64,000 bases of DNA from Bacteroidota bacterium (lineage in GTDB: Bacteria > Bacteroidota > Bacteroidia > 2-12-FULL-35-15), in the NCBI GenBank assembly GCA_052389695.1, contig JBQTHQ010000057.1:11774-75773 (forward strand), written 5' to 3'. This document shows positions 48,408 through 59,114 of this stretch, piece after piece. The notes under the pieces were generated by a model, which saw only the letters and a list, made by a program, of their open reading frames with translations, had not been told where the DNA came from and ran no database searches. Numbering within the stretch: the first letter of the stretch is position 1; every line of letters begins with the position of its first letter. The translations under genes and the position numbers were made by a program.

Positions 48408-48785
48408 TTGAAGAAAATGAAATTTTATACAAAAATACCGGATGGATTAAAAACTTATTATCGGCAGGAACTTGGATTTTATCAGGTTGCTCTTAATAAA
48501 GGAGAGTTTTTAAATGCCTGGAAACATTTGGAAAACGCTCATATACTTGGTCAAGCCTATCCCATTGAGCATACAAAGGTACATTGGCTGATGCTAAAAT
48601 TTGGGTTTAAGATTAAAAGCATCAAAGAGATTGTTGGACAGATACCACGATTAATCTTTGGAGGGATCAAATCCTTTATTGGAAAAATACCGGTTGGAAA
48701 TACGGGTGGTTCTGATGTTTCAGCATTAAAGCCAATGGAAACACCATCACATTTAAAACAGATTTTAGAAAAATATATAGAATGA
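48408..48785 (+). CDS. hypothetical protein (DUF3703-like, commonly next to metal ATPases)
   Basis: 125-aa ORF overlapping the start of the ATPase gene; family call is from memory only. Confidence 0.35.
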   Translation: MKKMKFYTKIPDGLKTYYRQELGFYQVALNKGEFLNAWKHLENAHILGQAYPIEHTKVHWLMLKFGFKIKSIKEIVGQIPRLIFGGIKSFIGKIPVGNTGGSDVSALKPMETPSHLKQILEKYIE

Positions 48786-50791
48786 TAAACACAGATCCTA
48801 ACCATAAACACACCTACGATGCACAAGGCAATATGACTTGCTGCACCCTGGAGGAAAAGATAGATACCCAAACCGGCCAGCCCATCCTGAGTAACGTAAA
48901 GAAACCAGTTCTCCTTGCTAAAGAAAAACCGGCATGGAAGGAATATTTACCCTCCATCATTAGTTTTTTAATGCTGGCAACAGGTATAATAGTAGATAAC
49001 TTTTTTAAACCGGATTTTTATACGAATGCGGTTCGATTAATATGGTACATAGTCGCTTATCTCCCGGTGGGATTACCTGTAATGAAGGATGCAATAAAAG
49101 CCATTTCCAAAGGAGAATTTTTTACAGAGTTTATCCTGATGAGTATTGCCACTATTGGAGCATTTTTTATTGGTGAATATCCCGAAGGTGTTGCAGTAAT
49201 GCTATTCTATGCAGTGGGTGAATTATTCCAGTCCGCAGCCGTTAACCGTGCCAAGCGTAGTATAAAAGCATTGCTTGATATACGTCCTGATAAAGCCACT
49301 GTATTACGTAATGGAACATTAGTTGAAGCTGCACCGGACACGGTAAAGGTTGGAGAAATTATACAGGTAAAGGCGGGAGAAAAAGTAGCATTAGATGGGT
49401 TAATGCAATCGGCAGGAAGCACCTTCAATACAGCTGCCTTAACGGGAGAAAGTAAACCAAACTCTATAAAACAAGGCGAAACCGTTCTTGCCGGAATGAT
49501 TAATCTCGATAAGGTAGTGGAAATAAAAATTTCCAAAGTGTTTGCAGAAAGCTCTCTTGCCCGTATTCTCGACATGGTGCAAAATGCAAATTCACGCAAA
49601 GCTCAAACGGAATTATTCATTCGTAAGTTTTCAAAAATCTATACACCCATAGTTGTATTATTAGCTGTACTGCTAACCTTTATTCCTTACTTCTTTGTTG
49701 AGCAATATGTGTTTTCGGAGTGGCTGTATCGTGCGCTTATCTTCCTGGTTATTTCCTGTCCTTGTGCATTGGTAATTTCTATTCCACTCGGCTATTTTGG
49801 TGGTATCGGGGCTGCATCCAGGAATGGGATTTTGTTTAAAGGCTCTAATTATCTTGATCTTATGACAAAGATCAACACCATTGTAATGGACAAAACAGGA
49901 ACATTAACCAAAGGTGTGTTTAAAGTCCAGGAGGTAAATGCTGTACGTCTTCCCAAAGAAGAATTTGTGAAAATGGTTGCAGCCGTTGAATCTCAATCAA
50001 CACATCCCATAGCTAAGGCTATTGTTGAATATGCGAATGTGGGAGATAAGAATGTTCCGGTAAGCAATGTAGAAGAAATCTCAGGACATGGGCTAAAGGC
50101 AACTTACAAAGAATCTGAAATATTAGCCGGTAATACGAAACTGCTTAAGAAATTCAACATTGTTTACCCGGCTGAAGTGGATGCGATAACCGATACTATT
50201 GTAGTGGCAGCAATAAACAATGAATATGCCGGCTATATTACCATTGCAGATGAATTAAAAGATGATGCGAAAGAAGCTGTTTCTCAGATGCACCAAAGTA
50301 TTTCAAAAATTATTATGCTTTCGGGCGATAAGCAAAGTGTAGTAGATAAAGTCGCAAAAGAACTGAATATAGTAAATGCTTATGGCAGCCTATTACCTGA
50401 ACATAAGGTACAGAAGGTGGAAGAATTGAAAAAGGAAAGCAATCGTATTATTGCGTTTGTCGGTGATGGCATTAACGATGCACCTGTATTGGCATTAAGT
50501 GATGTAGGTATAGCGATGGGAGCTTTGGGTAGTGATGCCGCTATTGAAACTGCGGATGTAGTCATTCAAACGGATCAGCCTTCAAAAATCGTAACTGCTA
50601 TTAAAATCAGCAAGGCTACCCAACGAATTGTATGGCAAAATATATCCTTAGCTTTTGGGGTAAAGGCGATTGTGCTGGCTTTAGGAGCTGGAGGATTGGC
50701 TACCATGTGGGAAGCTGTTTTTGCCGATGTGGGTGTGGCTTTGCTCGCAATTTTGAATGCCGTAAGAATACAAAGAATGAAATTTAATTGA
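48782..50791 (+). CDS. heavy-metal translocating P1B-type ATPase (Zn/Cd/Pb-type)
   Basis: CPC motif (VISCPCALVIS), DKTGTLT phosphorylation site, GDGINDAP hinge. N-terminus has a CC pair but no canonical GMxCxxC. Confidence 0.85.
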   Translation: MINTDPNHKHTYDAQGNMTCCTLEEKIDTQTGQPILSNVKKPVLLAKEKPAWKEYLPSIISFLMLATGIIVDNFFKPDFYTNAVRLIWYIVAYLPVGLPVMKDAIKAISKGEFFTEFILMSIATIGAFFIGEYPEGVAVMLFYAVGELFQSAAVNRAKRSIKALLDIRPDKATVLRNGTLVEAAPDTVKVGEIIQVKAGEKVALDGLMQSAGSTFNTAALTGESKPNSIKQGETVLAGMINLDKVVEIKISKVFAESSLARILDMVQNANSRKAQTELFIRKFSKIYTPIVVLLAVLLTFIPYFFVEQYVFSEWLYRALIFLVISCPCALVISIPLGYFGGIGAASRNGILFKGSNYLDLMTKINTIVMDKTGTLTKGVFKVQEVNAVRLPKEEFVKMVAAVESQSTHPIAKAIVEYANVGDKNVPVSNVEEISGHGLKATYKESEILAGNTKLLKKFNIVYPAEVDAITDTIVVAAINNEYAGYITIADELKDDAKEAVSQMHQSISKIIMLSGDKQSVVDKVAKELNIVNAYGSLLPEHKVQKVEELKKESNRIIAFVGDGINDAPVLALSDVGIAMGALGSDAAIETADVVIQTDQPSKIVTAIKISKATQRIVWQNISLAFGVKAIVLALGAGGLATMWEAVFADVGVALLAILNAVRIQRMKFN

Positions 50792-50830
50792 TAAAATAAT
50801 TGCGTTAAATACCTTTGAGACAGCAGAGAA

Positions 50831-50874
50831 TATCTATTGGCATTAACCACAGGTTTCCAGTTTGGATTTTCCAC
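50831..50874 (+). repeat. 44-bp direct repeat, right copy (remnant of the outer-membrane-protein gene 3' end)
   Basis: cattaaccacaggtttccagtttggattttccacttacttctaa is preceded by attggca, which also precedes the left copy region at 39421 but with 27 nt missing. Confidence 0.85.
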
Positions 50875-50918
50875 TTACTTCTAATAAACTTTTTGAATTA
50901 AAAAGATTAATTTTACAC

Positions 50919-51563
50919 ATGATGATAATGATGCCACCCCGGTTCAGCAAATTCGTACTTACTTCACATATCACTTTCTCAGTTGGCTGGCTTGGTGCGG
51001 TGGCTGTATTTTTGGTTCTCGCCATAACTGGTGTGTCCAGCAATGATACTCAATTAGCTCGTGCCGCTTATCTTGCTATGGAATTGAGTGCCTGGTTCAT
51101 AATTGTTCCATTCTGTTTTGCTTCTTTACTAACTGGTCTTGTACAGGCACTTGGAACTAAGTGGGGTTTATTCAAGCACTATTGGATAATTGTAAAACTT
51201 ATTCTGACCATTGCTGGCACAATTATCCTATTGTTTCACATGAAGCCTATTAGTTACTTAGCAGGCATGGCAGCAAATACCGCATTCTCAAATAACGAAC
51301 TACCTGGATTGCGGATTCAACTCATTGCTGATGCAGGCGCAGCCTTATTACTATTATTGGCAATTACAACAATATCCGTGTACAAACCCTGGGGCAGAAC
51401 CCGATACGGACTACCTGTAAATCAAGAACGGTATGTGCAAGTAGAAAACGGAGGAACAACCAAAAAAAAATCATGGAGATTTTATTTGTTAATTGGGCTT
51501 ATCAGCTTGATTGTGCTGTTTATCATTATACACCTTCTTGGTGGTGGTATGAGTGGGCATTAA
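50919..51563 (+). CDS. integral membrane protein (4-5 TM)
   Basis: Start taken at ATG 50919 (MMIMMPPRF); the ORF-track start at 50862 lies inside the direct repeat. Confidence 0.4.
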   Translation: MMIMMPPRFSKFVLTSHITFSVGWLGAVAVFLVLAITGVSSNDTQLARAAYLAMELSAWFIIVPFCFASLLTGLVQALGTKWGLFKHYWIIVKLILTIAGTIILLFHMKPISYLAGMAANTAFSNNELPGLRIQLIADAGAALLLLLAITTISVYKPWGRTRYGLPVNQERYVQVENGGTTKKKSWRFYLLIGLISLIVLFIIIHLLGGGMSGH

Positions 51564-51585
51564 TTGCGGCACTGACCCACATGAA

Positions 51586-53799
51586 TTAGAATTTTGCTCC
51601 AATACTTACAAAGGCAGTTCTTCCATTTGCAGGCATTAATCCGGGACCAGGATAGCCTCCCGCCCTTCTTGTGAAATAATGCTCATCTGCAATATTATTT
51701 ATACCAGCTTTGAAGTTATATTTTTTCGCAAATAAATAGGTAAGAGAAACGTCCATTACGGTGTAACCTGGTATCTTACCAACTGTAGCTGTCGCATTTG
51801 GCATTTCTGTGTTGACCGCATCAGTGAATACTTCTGCAACCTGATTCATTTGGAAAGTAGCTGACAAATTCTTAAACAAATAAGTTACTCCATATCGTCC
51901 GATAGTTTGCGGTGCGTTTTCCATTTGCTTGTCTTCAATAGATTTTGCAGGATCATTGGCAATTGCCGGGTTATTCCACCGGGTGTATTTAGCATCCACA
52001 TAAGCAAAGGATACATACAAGCGAATGTAACCAACTCGTGAGCTATCAGTAAAAATTCTGATGGGATCAACTTCCACAAAGCTTTCCACACCTTTGCTTA
52101 CAGATGTTCCAATATTAGTACGGAAGGGCAGGTTATTTTGAGTAATAGTTCCTATACGATTATCATAATTCAAATAAAACCCTCCAATATCAAAACTTAG
52201 GTAGTTTTTTATTTTTCCTCTGAAACCAAAATCTGCATTGTAGCCGCTGGCATCTTTCAAATTCGGATCAATAATATCTGTCGTGGCGGAAGGAGTGAGT
52301 TCCGAATAAGTAACAGGCCGGTACGATTGACTAAAATTAGCGTAAAAATTAGTAGTTTCTGTTGTTTGAAACTCCGCTCCACATCCTAATAATAAAATAT
52401 TTCTTTGCTGTTTATTTTCCTGTATTGCTCCGGTTGATGTAGTGTTAATATATCCTTTGGCTGTTGAATTGATAATTTCATAACGTAAGCCGGGAGTTAT
52501 GCTTAGTCGCTTTCCAATTTTAAAAATATTTTCAGCAAAAAGAGCATAATTTTCTGTAATAAAATTCAAATCCCTTCCCCATTCTTTCCCATTTGAAGTG
52601 GCAGAAATAGTGAGGTCAAAATCACTTCCTGTTGTTCCTGTTCCGAGTTGTTTTCGTATGGTTGTACCCCTATAAACACGCACCCCGGCAGCAAGGGTGC
52701 TTTTCTGTTTTAATAAATTGTAAGATTTCAAAAAACGGATTTCACTTCCAAGATTGTTGTATGAATCACGGTCAACCTGGCGTGGATTGTATGAGTTTAA
52801 TGTGGTATTAAAATTATCCGCAACATTTATTGCTTTAGTATAACCAACGCTGTTTCGCTCCGCAATGGTGCTGAAGGCTTTCAGACTGATCTTAGTATTT
52901 TCATTGAATGTATAATCAATCGTAAGAGCAGACACATTCCAGGGAGTGCTAAACCAATTACGACTGCGAAGCGATTGTTTGGGATTGACTGCAAATAGCG
53001 AATCGGTAAGTCCTCCTGGTTGCTGGCTTTGATAATACATCCGGGTATATTGCAAACCTATATTAAGTTTTGATGATAACGCGAAATTAACCGAGGCATA
53101 TCCCGTATTGATATTGTATCTGCTGTTTTCTCTCCAGCCGTCAGCACTGCGGTGGTGAAAATACCCGTAATACGACACTTTTTTGTAAGTACCACCAATG
53201 GCATTGTAGGAGTTGAACAATCCGTAAGAACCGGTTGTTTGCTGTGCTTCAAAAACAAAAGGTTTGTAAGCAGAACCTTTTTTAATTTCATAGTTGAGTA
53301 ACCCGCCAAACTGAGGGCCATATTGTAATGAAGCTGCACCTCTCACTATTTCGATCTTTTCAACCGCTTCCATCGGGGGACTGAAATAAGATTCAGGATA
53401 ACCATACACTTCAGAAGAAATGTCGTAACCATTTTGTCGCACGTTAAATTCCCACGAACGGTTTGGGCTTAGCCCTCTTGTTGAAATACCTACCTGAATA
53501 CCCGACCCATCATTTTCCCAAATACTCACACCTGGTACTTTTCCAAATACCTGACGGGTATTATTCGTGGAGAGATCCGCATCCAGTAAACTTACTTTTA
53601 TCACTTCATTTTTTTTCCCGGAATAAATAGCAGTTCCCTGAATTTCAGGAAGGCGCTCTATTTCATTTTTGGAGAGTTTTTCATTTATTTCTATCTCCTG
53701 GAGATTTATCACCTTAGATGTGTCGGTCTCTTGTCCATAAGAAACAAAGGAAGATATTAAAATCACAAAGCAGATTAATTTAATTGTATGGTTATTCAT
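51586..53799 (-). CDS. TonB-dependent receptor
   Basis: Signal peptide, plug-domain region, 737 aa beta-barrel, C-terminal aromatic residue (SIGAKF). Confidence 0.75.
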   Translation of the reverse strand: MNNHTIKLICFVILISSFVSYGQETDTSKVINLQEIEINEKLSKNEIERLPEIQGTAIYSGKKNEVIKVSLLDADLSTNNTRQVFGKVPGVSIWENDGSGIQVGISTRGLSPNRSWEFNVRQNGYDISSEVYGYPESYFSPPMEAVEKIEIVRGAASLQYGPQFGGLLNYEIKKGSAYKPFVFEAQQTTGSYGLFNSYNAIGGTYKKVSYYGYFHHRSADGWRENSRYNINTGYASVNFALSSKLNIGLQYTRMYYQSQQPGGLTDSLFAVNPKQSLRSRNWFSTPWNVSALTIDYTFNENTKISLKAFSTIAERNSVGYTKAINVADNFNTTLNSYNPRQVDRDSYNNLGSEIRFLKSYNLLKQKSTLAAGVRVYRGTTIRKQLGTGTTGSDFDLTISATSNGKEWGRDLNFITENYALFAENIFKIGKRLSITPGLRYEIINSTAKGYINTTSTGAIQENKQQRNILLLGCGAEFQTTETTNFYANFSQSYRPVTYSELTPSATTDIIDPNLKDASGYNADFGFRGKIKNYLSFDIGGFYLNYDNRIGTITQNNLPFRTNIGTSVSKGVESFVEVDPIRIFTDSSRVGYIRLYVSFAYVDAKYTRWNNPAIANDPAKSIEDKQMENAPQTIGRYGVTYLFKNLSATFQMNQVAEVFTDAVNTEMPNATATVGKIPGYTVMDVSLTYLFAKKYNFKAGINNIADEHYFTRRAGGYPGPGLMPANGRTAFVSIGAKF

Positions 53800-54036
53800 G
53801 GATTCTATTAATAGTTTTTAGTGAAGGGTTAAAAAAATAATGGCGCAAAGTAACGGTAGGAAAAGTGCGAACACAATACCTTAAATTAGGTATTTAGAAT
53901 CGTTCTAAATAACAAAAACCCTTACAAGTGGCTGCTTTTCAGAAAGTAAGATCCCTTTAATTACCTTTTGACAATAAAAATATTTTAGGCAGCAAAATAA
54001 TTTCTATCTTTGTGCGTTACCGCTATATAAAAAAAT

Positions 54037-54429
54037 TTGAAAAAAGCAACTTCCATATTATTAGCATTCGTTTTTTTGATAAGCACATTAGGCTTTTCAA
54101 TTAACAGGCATTATTGTGGAAATAAGCTAAAGTCCACAGATATATTACTCATACAAAACGATCATATATCCTGCTGTGGAAAAAAGGAAATGCCGAAAGG
54201 TTGCTGCAAGAATGAAACGGAGCATATAAAACTTAAAGAAAACTATGCTCCTGCGCAAGCTGTTGATGTACCTGCTTCGGACTTCATCACTTCTTTTGTT
54301 TTAGCATTTGTTCAAACATTCAATTTTTCCCTTACAGGTTGTGATATTGCCAATTTTTTTGCAGATTCTCACGCACCACCTGGTAAGGCTGTTTCCCGCA
54401 CTATTTTATACAGGTCAATCCTTATTTGA
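54037..54429 (+). CDS. HYC_CC_PP-like family protein
   Basis: Signal peptide; ordered motifs NRHYCG, SCCGKK, HAPPG. Confidence 0.45.
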   Translation: MKKATSILLAFVFLISTLGFSINRHYCGNKLKSTDILLIQNDHISCCGKKEMPKGCCKNETEHIKLKENYAPAQAVDVPASDFITSFVLAFVQTFNFSLTGCDIANFFADSHAPPGKAVSRTILYRSILI

Positions 54430-54574
54430 TTTCTTCATTTCTAACATCAGGTAATAGCTGAACTATTGCCTGTGTTCTTTATTTGTTCCTATACAGGAAT
54501 AAAATTTCCATTCATCATTTATTCCAATTAATCTAAAAAAAAACTGTAACCAGGCAAACGCCTCAAACAACCAA

Positions 54575-55141
54575 ATGGTCCTGCATATTAAAAATATGGT
54601 TTGCAACCGCTGCATCAGGGTTGTTACTGATGAGCTTAAGCAACTGCACTTTTCCGTTAAACGGATTGAACTCGGTGTAGTTGAATTGCTACGTCCATTA
54701 ACTCCTGAAGAAAAGAATCTATTAAAAGAACGGCTTGTTGAGTTTGGCTTTGAGTTATTGGACGATAAAAAAGCGAAAATGATCGAGCAGATTAAAACAC
54801 TTTTAATTGTGCTGGTTCATTATAATATGAATGAAAAGCCTCTACACATGCGGTACTCTGATTATCTTGAAAAGGAGATTGGCATGGAGTACAGCAGCCT
54901 GAGTAAGCTATTCTCCGAAGTAGAAGGAATTACTATTGAGCAATACCTTATTCTTCAAAAAACAGAACGTATCAAAGAGTTGCTGGTGTATGATGAATTA
55001 AATGTGAGCGAAATTGCTTATCAACTTGGATATAGCAGCATTGCCCACCTTTCCACTCAATTCAAAAAAGTTACTGGACACACTCCAAGCGAATTTAAAG
55101 GGTTGCATTTCAAACCGCGAAAAACACTGGATAAGGTATGA
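54575..55141 (+). CDS. AraC family transcriptional regulator
   Basis: C-terminal HTH: ELNVSEIAYQLGYSSIAHLSTQFKKVTGHTPSEF. Confidence 0.7.
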   Translation: MVLHIKNMVCNRCIRVVTDELKQLHFSVKRIELGVVELLRPLTPEEKNLLKERLVEFGFELLDDKKAKMIEQIKTLLIVLVHYNMNEKPLHMRYSDYLEKEIGMEYSSLSKLFSEVEGITIEQYLILQKTERIKELLVYDELNVSEIAYQLGYSSIAHLSTQFKKVTGHTPSEFKGLHFKPRKTLDKV

Positions 55142-55241
55142 CCTCCCCACGATCATATAAATATTGCCCCTTAATATATAAACAGCAGGAGTTTATACCA
55201 GGATACTTTTGTGTCATTAATCAACTTAAAAACAATTTATC

Positions 55242-55970
55242 ATGATGACACACAAGTATATTATCAAAGGAATGACCTGTAATGGTTGCGTAGCCAAAGT
55301 AAAAAGCGAACTGCTTAAACTACCGGATGTACTCAGTGCAGAAGTCAATCTGCCACAGGAAGCTGTAATTACAATGCAAAAACACATTGATACAAAAACA
55401 TTACAGGAAGCAATCAGTAAGGAAAGAAAGTATATTATCACAGAGGACGAGAACGATCACAGCCATCACCAAATCGCAAAAGAGGAAAGTCAAAGTTGGC
55501 TGAAAACGTATAAACCTTTATTGCTTATTGCAGCATTTATAACCGGAGTATCTTTTTTAACAAGCTATAATGGTATTGAGCCTGATTGGACAACGTGGAT
55601 GAATCATTTTATGGCCGGGTTCTTCATTGTATTCTCCTTTTTTAAATTTCTGGACTTAAGCAGCTTTGCGGATAGTTATGCCATGTATGATCTTCTTGCG
55701 AAAAAAGTAAAGGCGTATGGTTATGTATATCCATTCATTGAGCTTGCATTAGGCATAGCGTACCTGATCTCATTCAACCCGCTTGTAACAAACATAGCAA
55801 CCATTGTAGTAATGGGTTTTAGCAGCATTGGCGTAATTCAAAGTGTGCTTAACAAGCAGAAAATACGTTGCGCCTGTCTCGGTGCTGTATTTAATCTGCC
55901 GATGAGTACAATAACAATAATTGAAGATTTACTAATGGTCTCTATGGCTGTTGCAACTTTATTAATATGA
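55242..55970 (+). CDS. HMA-domain protein fused to MauE/DoxX-like membrane domain
   Basis: N-terminal GMTCNGCVAKV heavy-metal-associated motif, then 4 TM helices. Confidence 0.6.
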   Translation: MMTHKYIIKGMTCNGCVAKVKSELLKLPDVLSAEVNLPQEAVITMQKHIDTKTLQEAISKERKYIITEDENDHSHHQIAKEESQSWLKTYKPLLLIAAFITGVSFLTSYNGIEPDWTTWMNHFMAGFFIVFSFFKFLDLSSFADSYAMYDLLAKKVKAYGYVYPFIELALGIAYLISFNPLVTNIATIVVMGFSSIGVIQSVLNKQKIRCACLGAVFNLPMSTITIIEDLLMVSMAVATLLI

Positions 55971-56037
55971 TACAAATTATTAAAAAAATAACGGTTAAAC
56001 TATTGAATGTATTGAAATACATTTTTTTCAAAAAATC

Positions 56038-56694
56038 ATGTTGCAAATGAGTTCAGAAAAATACATACCTGCCCTTCGCTTCAGTTGGTTAACAAAATTA
56101 TACAATCCGCTGATTGCCTTTACCATGCCCGAACTCAAATTTAAAAAGGCATTGATTGAACAGGCGCATATTAAGCCTGTACACAGAATACTTGATTTTG
56201 GTATTGGCACTGCAACGCTTTCTCTTATGATAAAGAATGCTGAACCGTACACAGAAGTAAATGGAGTTGATGTGGACGAAAAGGTGCTGAGTATTGCAGA
56301 AAAGAAAATAAAAGAAGCAAATGCAAATATTACAATTACTAAATACGATGGAGTAAAGCTGCCTTATTCCAATGCCAGCTTTGATCGGGTATTAACAAGT
56401 TTGGTATTTCATCATCTTACTGCGGAACAAAAACATAATTCTTTAGTTGAAATAAAACGTGTATTAAAGCCTACTGGGGAGCTGCATATAGCCGATTGGG
56501 GTAAAGCATCTTCTGTTTTAATGCGTTCCCTGTTCTTTTTTGTTCAGCTATTGGATGGGTTTAAAACAACAAATGATAATGTAAAGGGATTACTGCCCGC
56601 ATATATGGAGAATGCGGGTTTTAAACAGGTAGAAATAAAAAAGAATTACGCTACAATTTTTGGAACGTTAACATTATATAAAGCGATAAACTAA
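56038..56694 (+). CDS. class I SAM-dependent methyltransferase
   Basis: Motif I ILDFGIGTATL, post-I acidic residue, LKPTGELHIAD. Confidence 0.7.
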   Translation: MLQMSSEKYIPALRFSWLTKLYNPLIAFTMPELKFKKALIEQAHIKPVHRILDFGIGTATLSLMIKNAEPYTEVNGVDVDEKVLSIAEKKIKEANANITITKYDGVKLPYSNASFDRVLTSLVFHHLTAEQKHNSLVEIKRVLKPTGELHIADWGKASSVLMRSLFFFVQLLDGFKTTNDNVKGLLPAYMENAGFKQVEIKKNYATIFGTLTLYKAIN

Positions 56695-56699
56695 AGGTC

Positions 56700-57032
56700 A
56701 TGGATGCAACCATGTATAGTAAAACTGATAAAATATTGCTGATGCAACAATTAGATTTATTTACGGAGTATTGTCTCCAGTGCGAATCCCTGCTCCTGGT
56801 TTCAGGAAACGAGAATCATATTGGTATTCTGAGAGATTGCGCTGATCTCAATATTTTATTAAGTCAATATATCAAAAGAAGATCTGCATTAGAAAAACCG
56901 CTTATAAAATGCTGTATTGAATCCTGGTCGTTATGCTCAATTATTCTTTCGGAATATGTGCATGATTCAACCTTTGAAAGGTGCTATGATGTATGTCAAA
57001 CTTGTATAAGCGATTTTAAAGATTATTTATAA
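56700..57032 (+). CDS. Cys-rich hypothetical protein (possible four-helix-bundle metal-binding)
   Basis: 110 aa with spaced CxxC pairs (CLQCES, CCIESWSLC, CYDVCQTC). Confidence 0.3.
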   Translation: MDATMYSKTDKILLMQQLDLFTEYCLQCESLLLVSGNENHIGILRDCADLNILLSQYIKRRSALEKPLIKCCIESWSLCSIILSEYVHDSTFERCYDVCQTCISDFKDYL

Positions 57033-57039
57033 AATTGAA

Positions 57040-59100
57040 ATGAAAAAGATAATTCTACCTATATTATTTTCAACTGTTATGCTTTGTAAAAGCTATGCAC
57101 AAACCATAACAGAGCCATGTTATTTCGATAACTACCAACGCCAGCACAAAGCGCAGGTTGACAAATCGGAAAAAATTATTTCCGATGCCATCCGTAATGC
57201 ACCTGTATATAAAAAATCTTCTTCATCGGGCGGTGTAAAAATAATTCCGGTTGTTGTGCATGTTATTCATAACGGTGGAACAGAAAATATATCTGATTCA
57301 CAAATACAAAGTCAGATTACTGTACTGAACGAAGACTTTAGGAAGATTACGGGAACAAGCGGTGATGGAAATGGAGTAGATACAGAAATAGAATTTTGCC
57401 TGGCAAAGAAAACTCCTGATGGAAAATGTACGAATGGAATTGTTCGGATACAATCTACTTTAACTAATCACCTCACTTATCAGCGGGCGCAATTAAAAAA
57501 CCTGAGTTATTGGGATAATACCCGATACCTCAATATGTATGTTGTTAAAACAATCAACGGCAGCAGCGGAGTTTTAGGTTATGCCTCTTATCCCGGAGGG
57601 CCGCCCGATGAAGATGGTATAGTGGTCAGGCATGATTATTTTGGACGTATCGGCACGGCAGCAACTACACTTGGCAGAACTACCACACACGAAATCGGAC
57701 ATTGGTTTGGTCTGTATCACACATTTAATGGTGGCTGTGGAATTGATACCTGTTCGGACGGGGATTATGTATGTGATACACCACCTGCTATTAATCCTAA
57801 TTATGGCTGCCCTACGATAAATAGCTGCTCCAACGATTTCCCGAATGTGAATGACCAGGTTCAAAACTATCTCGATTATTCCAATGATGGTTGTAAAAGC
57901 ATGTTCACTGATGGGCAAAAAACAAGGATGCACACATCATTGACAAGTTTACGCTACGATATTTGGCAGCAATGGAATATTGATTCAACGGGCTGTGATA
58001 GTGGTAATGTTTCACCTTCTTGTAATGTAATTGCTGACTTTACCTCAAATGCCCAAAATATTTGCATCGGAAACTCGGTTCTTTTTACCAATAAAACCCT
58101 GAACAATCCTTTGACCTTTCAATGGTATTTCACCGGTGGAACACCAGCTACATCCACCGCTTTAAATCCAACGGTTACTTATACTACATTAGGCACATTC
58201 CCTGTAAAGCTGGTAGCAACAGGAAGCAGCGGAATGGATAGTGTGATCCAGTCAGCCTATATTAATGTTACCACGCCTCCCGTTGGCCAGGCTTTGCCAT
58301 TTTTTGAAGGCTTTGAAACATCTGTATTTCCACCAAACGGAATTGTAATTGATAACCCGGATGCGGGCATTACCTGGGAACCTGATACGGTTGCTGTTCA
58401 ATATGCCGGAACCGGATCCTCTAAAATCAATAATCTGATAAATACCAATTATGGACAATCGGATGCCATGCTATTGCCACGCTTTGATTTTACTACGTTT
58501 ACCGGCACTCCTTATTTAAACTTTAAATGGGCGTATGCAAAATCGGATATCAATTATTCAGATGAGTTGATTGTTTTGGTATCGAGCGATTGCGGTGTGA
58601 ACTGGACACAAAAGTTCTATCGAACAGGTACGGCTATGACCACCGGAACAACGCAAACCACGCCTTACATACCTGATACAAATACAGTATGGAAAACTGC
58701 GAATGTCAGTTTAAGCACCTATTCCACAAGCACCAATGTGTTAATCAAAATTGTTAACGTAACCGATGGAGGAAATAACCTTTATATTGACAATATTAAC
58801 CTGGGTGCTATTCCGACAGGGATAGAAGACCATGATGACACAGATCATTCGGTATTGATATTTCCCAACCCGGCAAATACTTCTTTCTCTATCGAATACC
58901 AGCTTCTAAAATCCGAAAATGTTTCTTATGAAATAATAGATATTATGGGTAGAAAAATTGATTTATCAGAAGTAGGAAAACAGCCAATAGGTATTCACAA
59001 AGTTGCTATTCAGACGACGGGATTCGCAGATGGGATGTATTATGTAAAGCTGAAAATAGGAAATCAAATAATGACTAAAAAGATTTTAATTAATAAATAA
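57040..59100 (+). CDS. M43 (pappalysin/cytophagalysin-like) zinc metallopeptidase with T9SS C-terminal sorting domain
   Basis: Signal peptide; TTHEIGHWFGLYHTF zinc site; C-terminal ~80 aa typical of a Por secretion-system CTD (LIFPNPANTSFSIEY ... KILINK). Confidence 0.7.
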   Translation: MKKIILPILFSTVMLCKSYAQTITEPCYFDNYQRQHKAQVDKSEKIISDAIRNAPVYKKSSSSGGVKIIPVVVHVIHNGGTENISDSQIQSQITVLNEDFRKITGTSGDGNGVDTEIEFCLAKKTPDGKCTNGIVRIQSTLTNHLTYQRAQLKNLSYWDNTRYLNMYVVKTINGSSGVLGYASYPGGPPDEDGIVVRHDYFGRIGTAATTLGRTTTHEIGHWFGLYHTFNGGCGIDTCSDGDYVCDTPPAINPNYGCPTINSCSNDFPNVNDQVQNYLDYSNDGCKSMFTDGQKTRMHTSLTSLRYDIWQQWNIDSTGCDSGNVSPSCNVIADFTSNAQNICIGNSVLFTNKTLNNPLTFQWYFTGGTPATSTALNPTVTYTTLGTFPVKLVATGSSGMDSVIQSAYINVTTPPVGQALPFFEGFETSVFPPNGIVIDNPDAGITWEPDTVAVQYAGTGSSKINNLINTNYGQSDAMLLPRFDFTTFTGTPYLNFKWAYAKSDINYSDELIVLVSSDCGVNWTQKFYRTGTAMTTGTTQTTPYIPDTNTVWKTANVSLSTYSTSTNVLIKIVNVTDGGNNLYIDNINLGAIPTGIEDHDDTDHSVLIFPNPANTSFSIEYQLLKSENVSYEIIDIMGRKIDLSEVGKQPIGIHKVAIQTTGFADGMYYVKLKIGNQIMTKKILINK

Positions 59101-59114
59101 GACCATTACCACGT

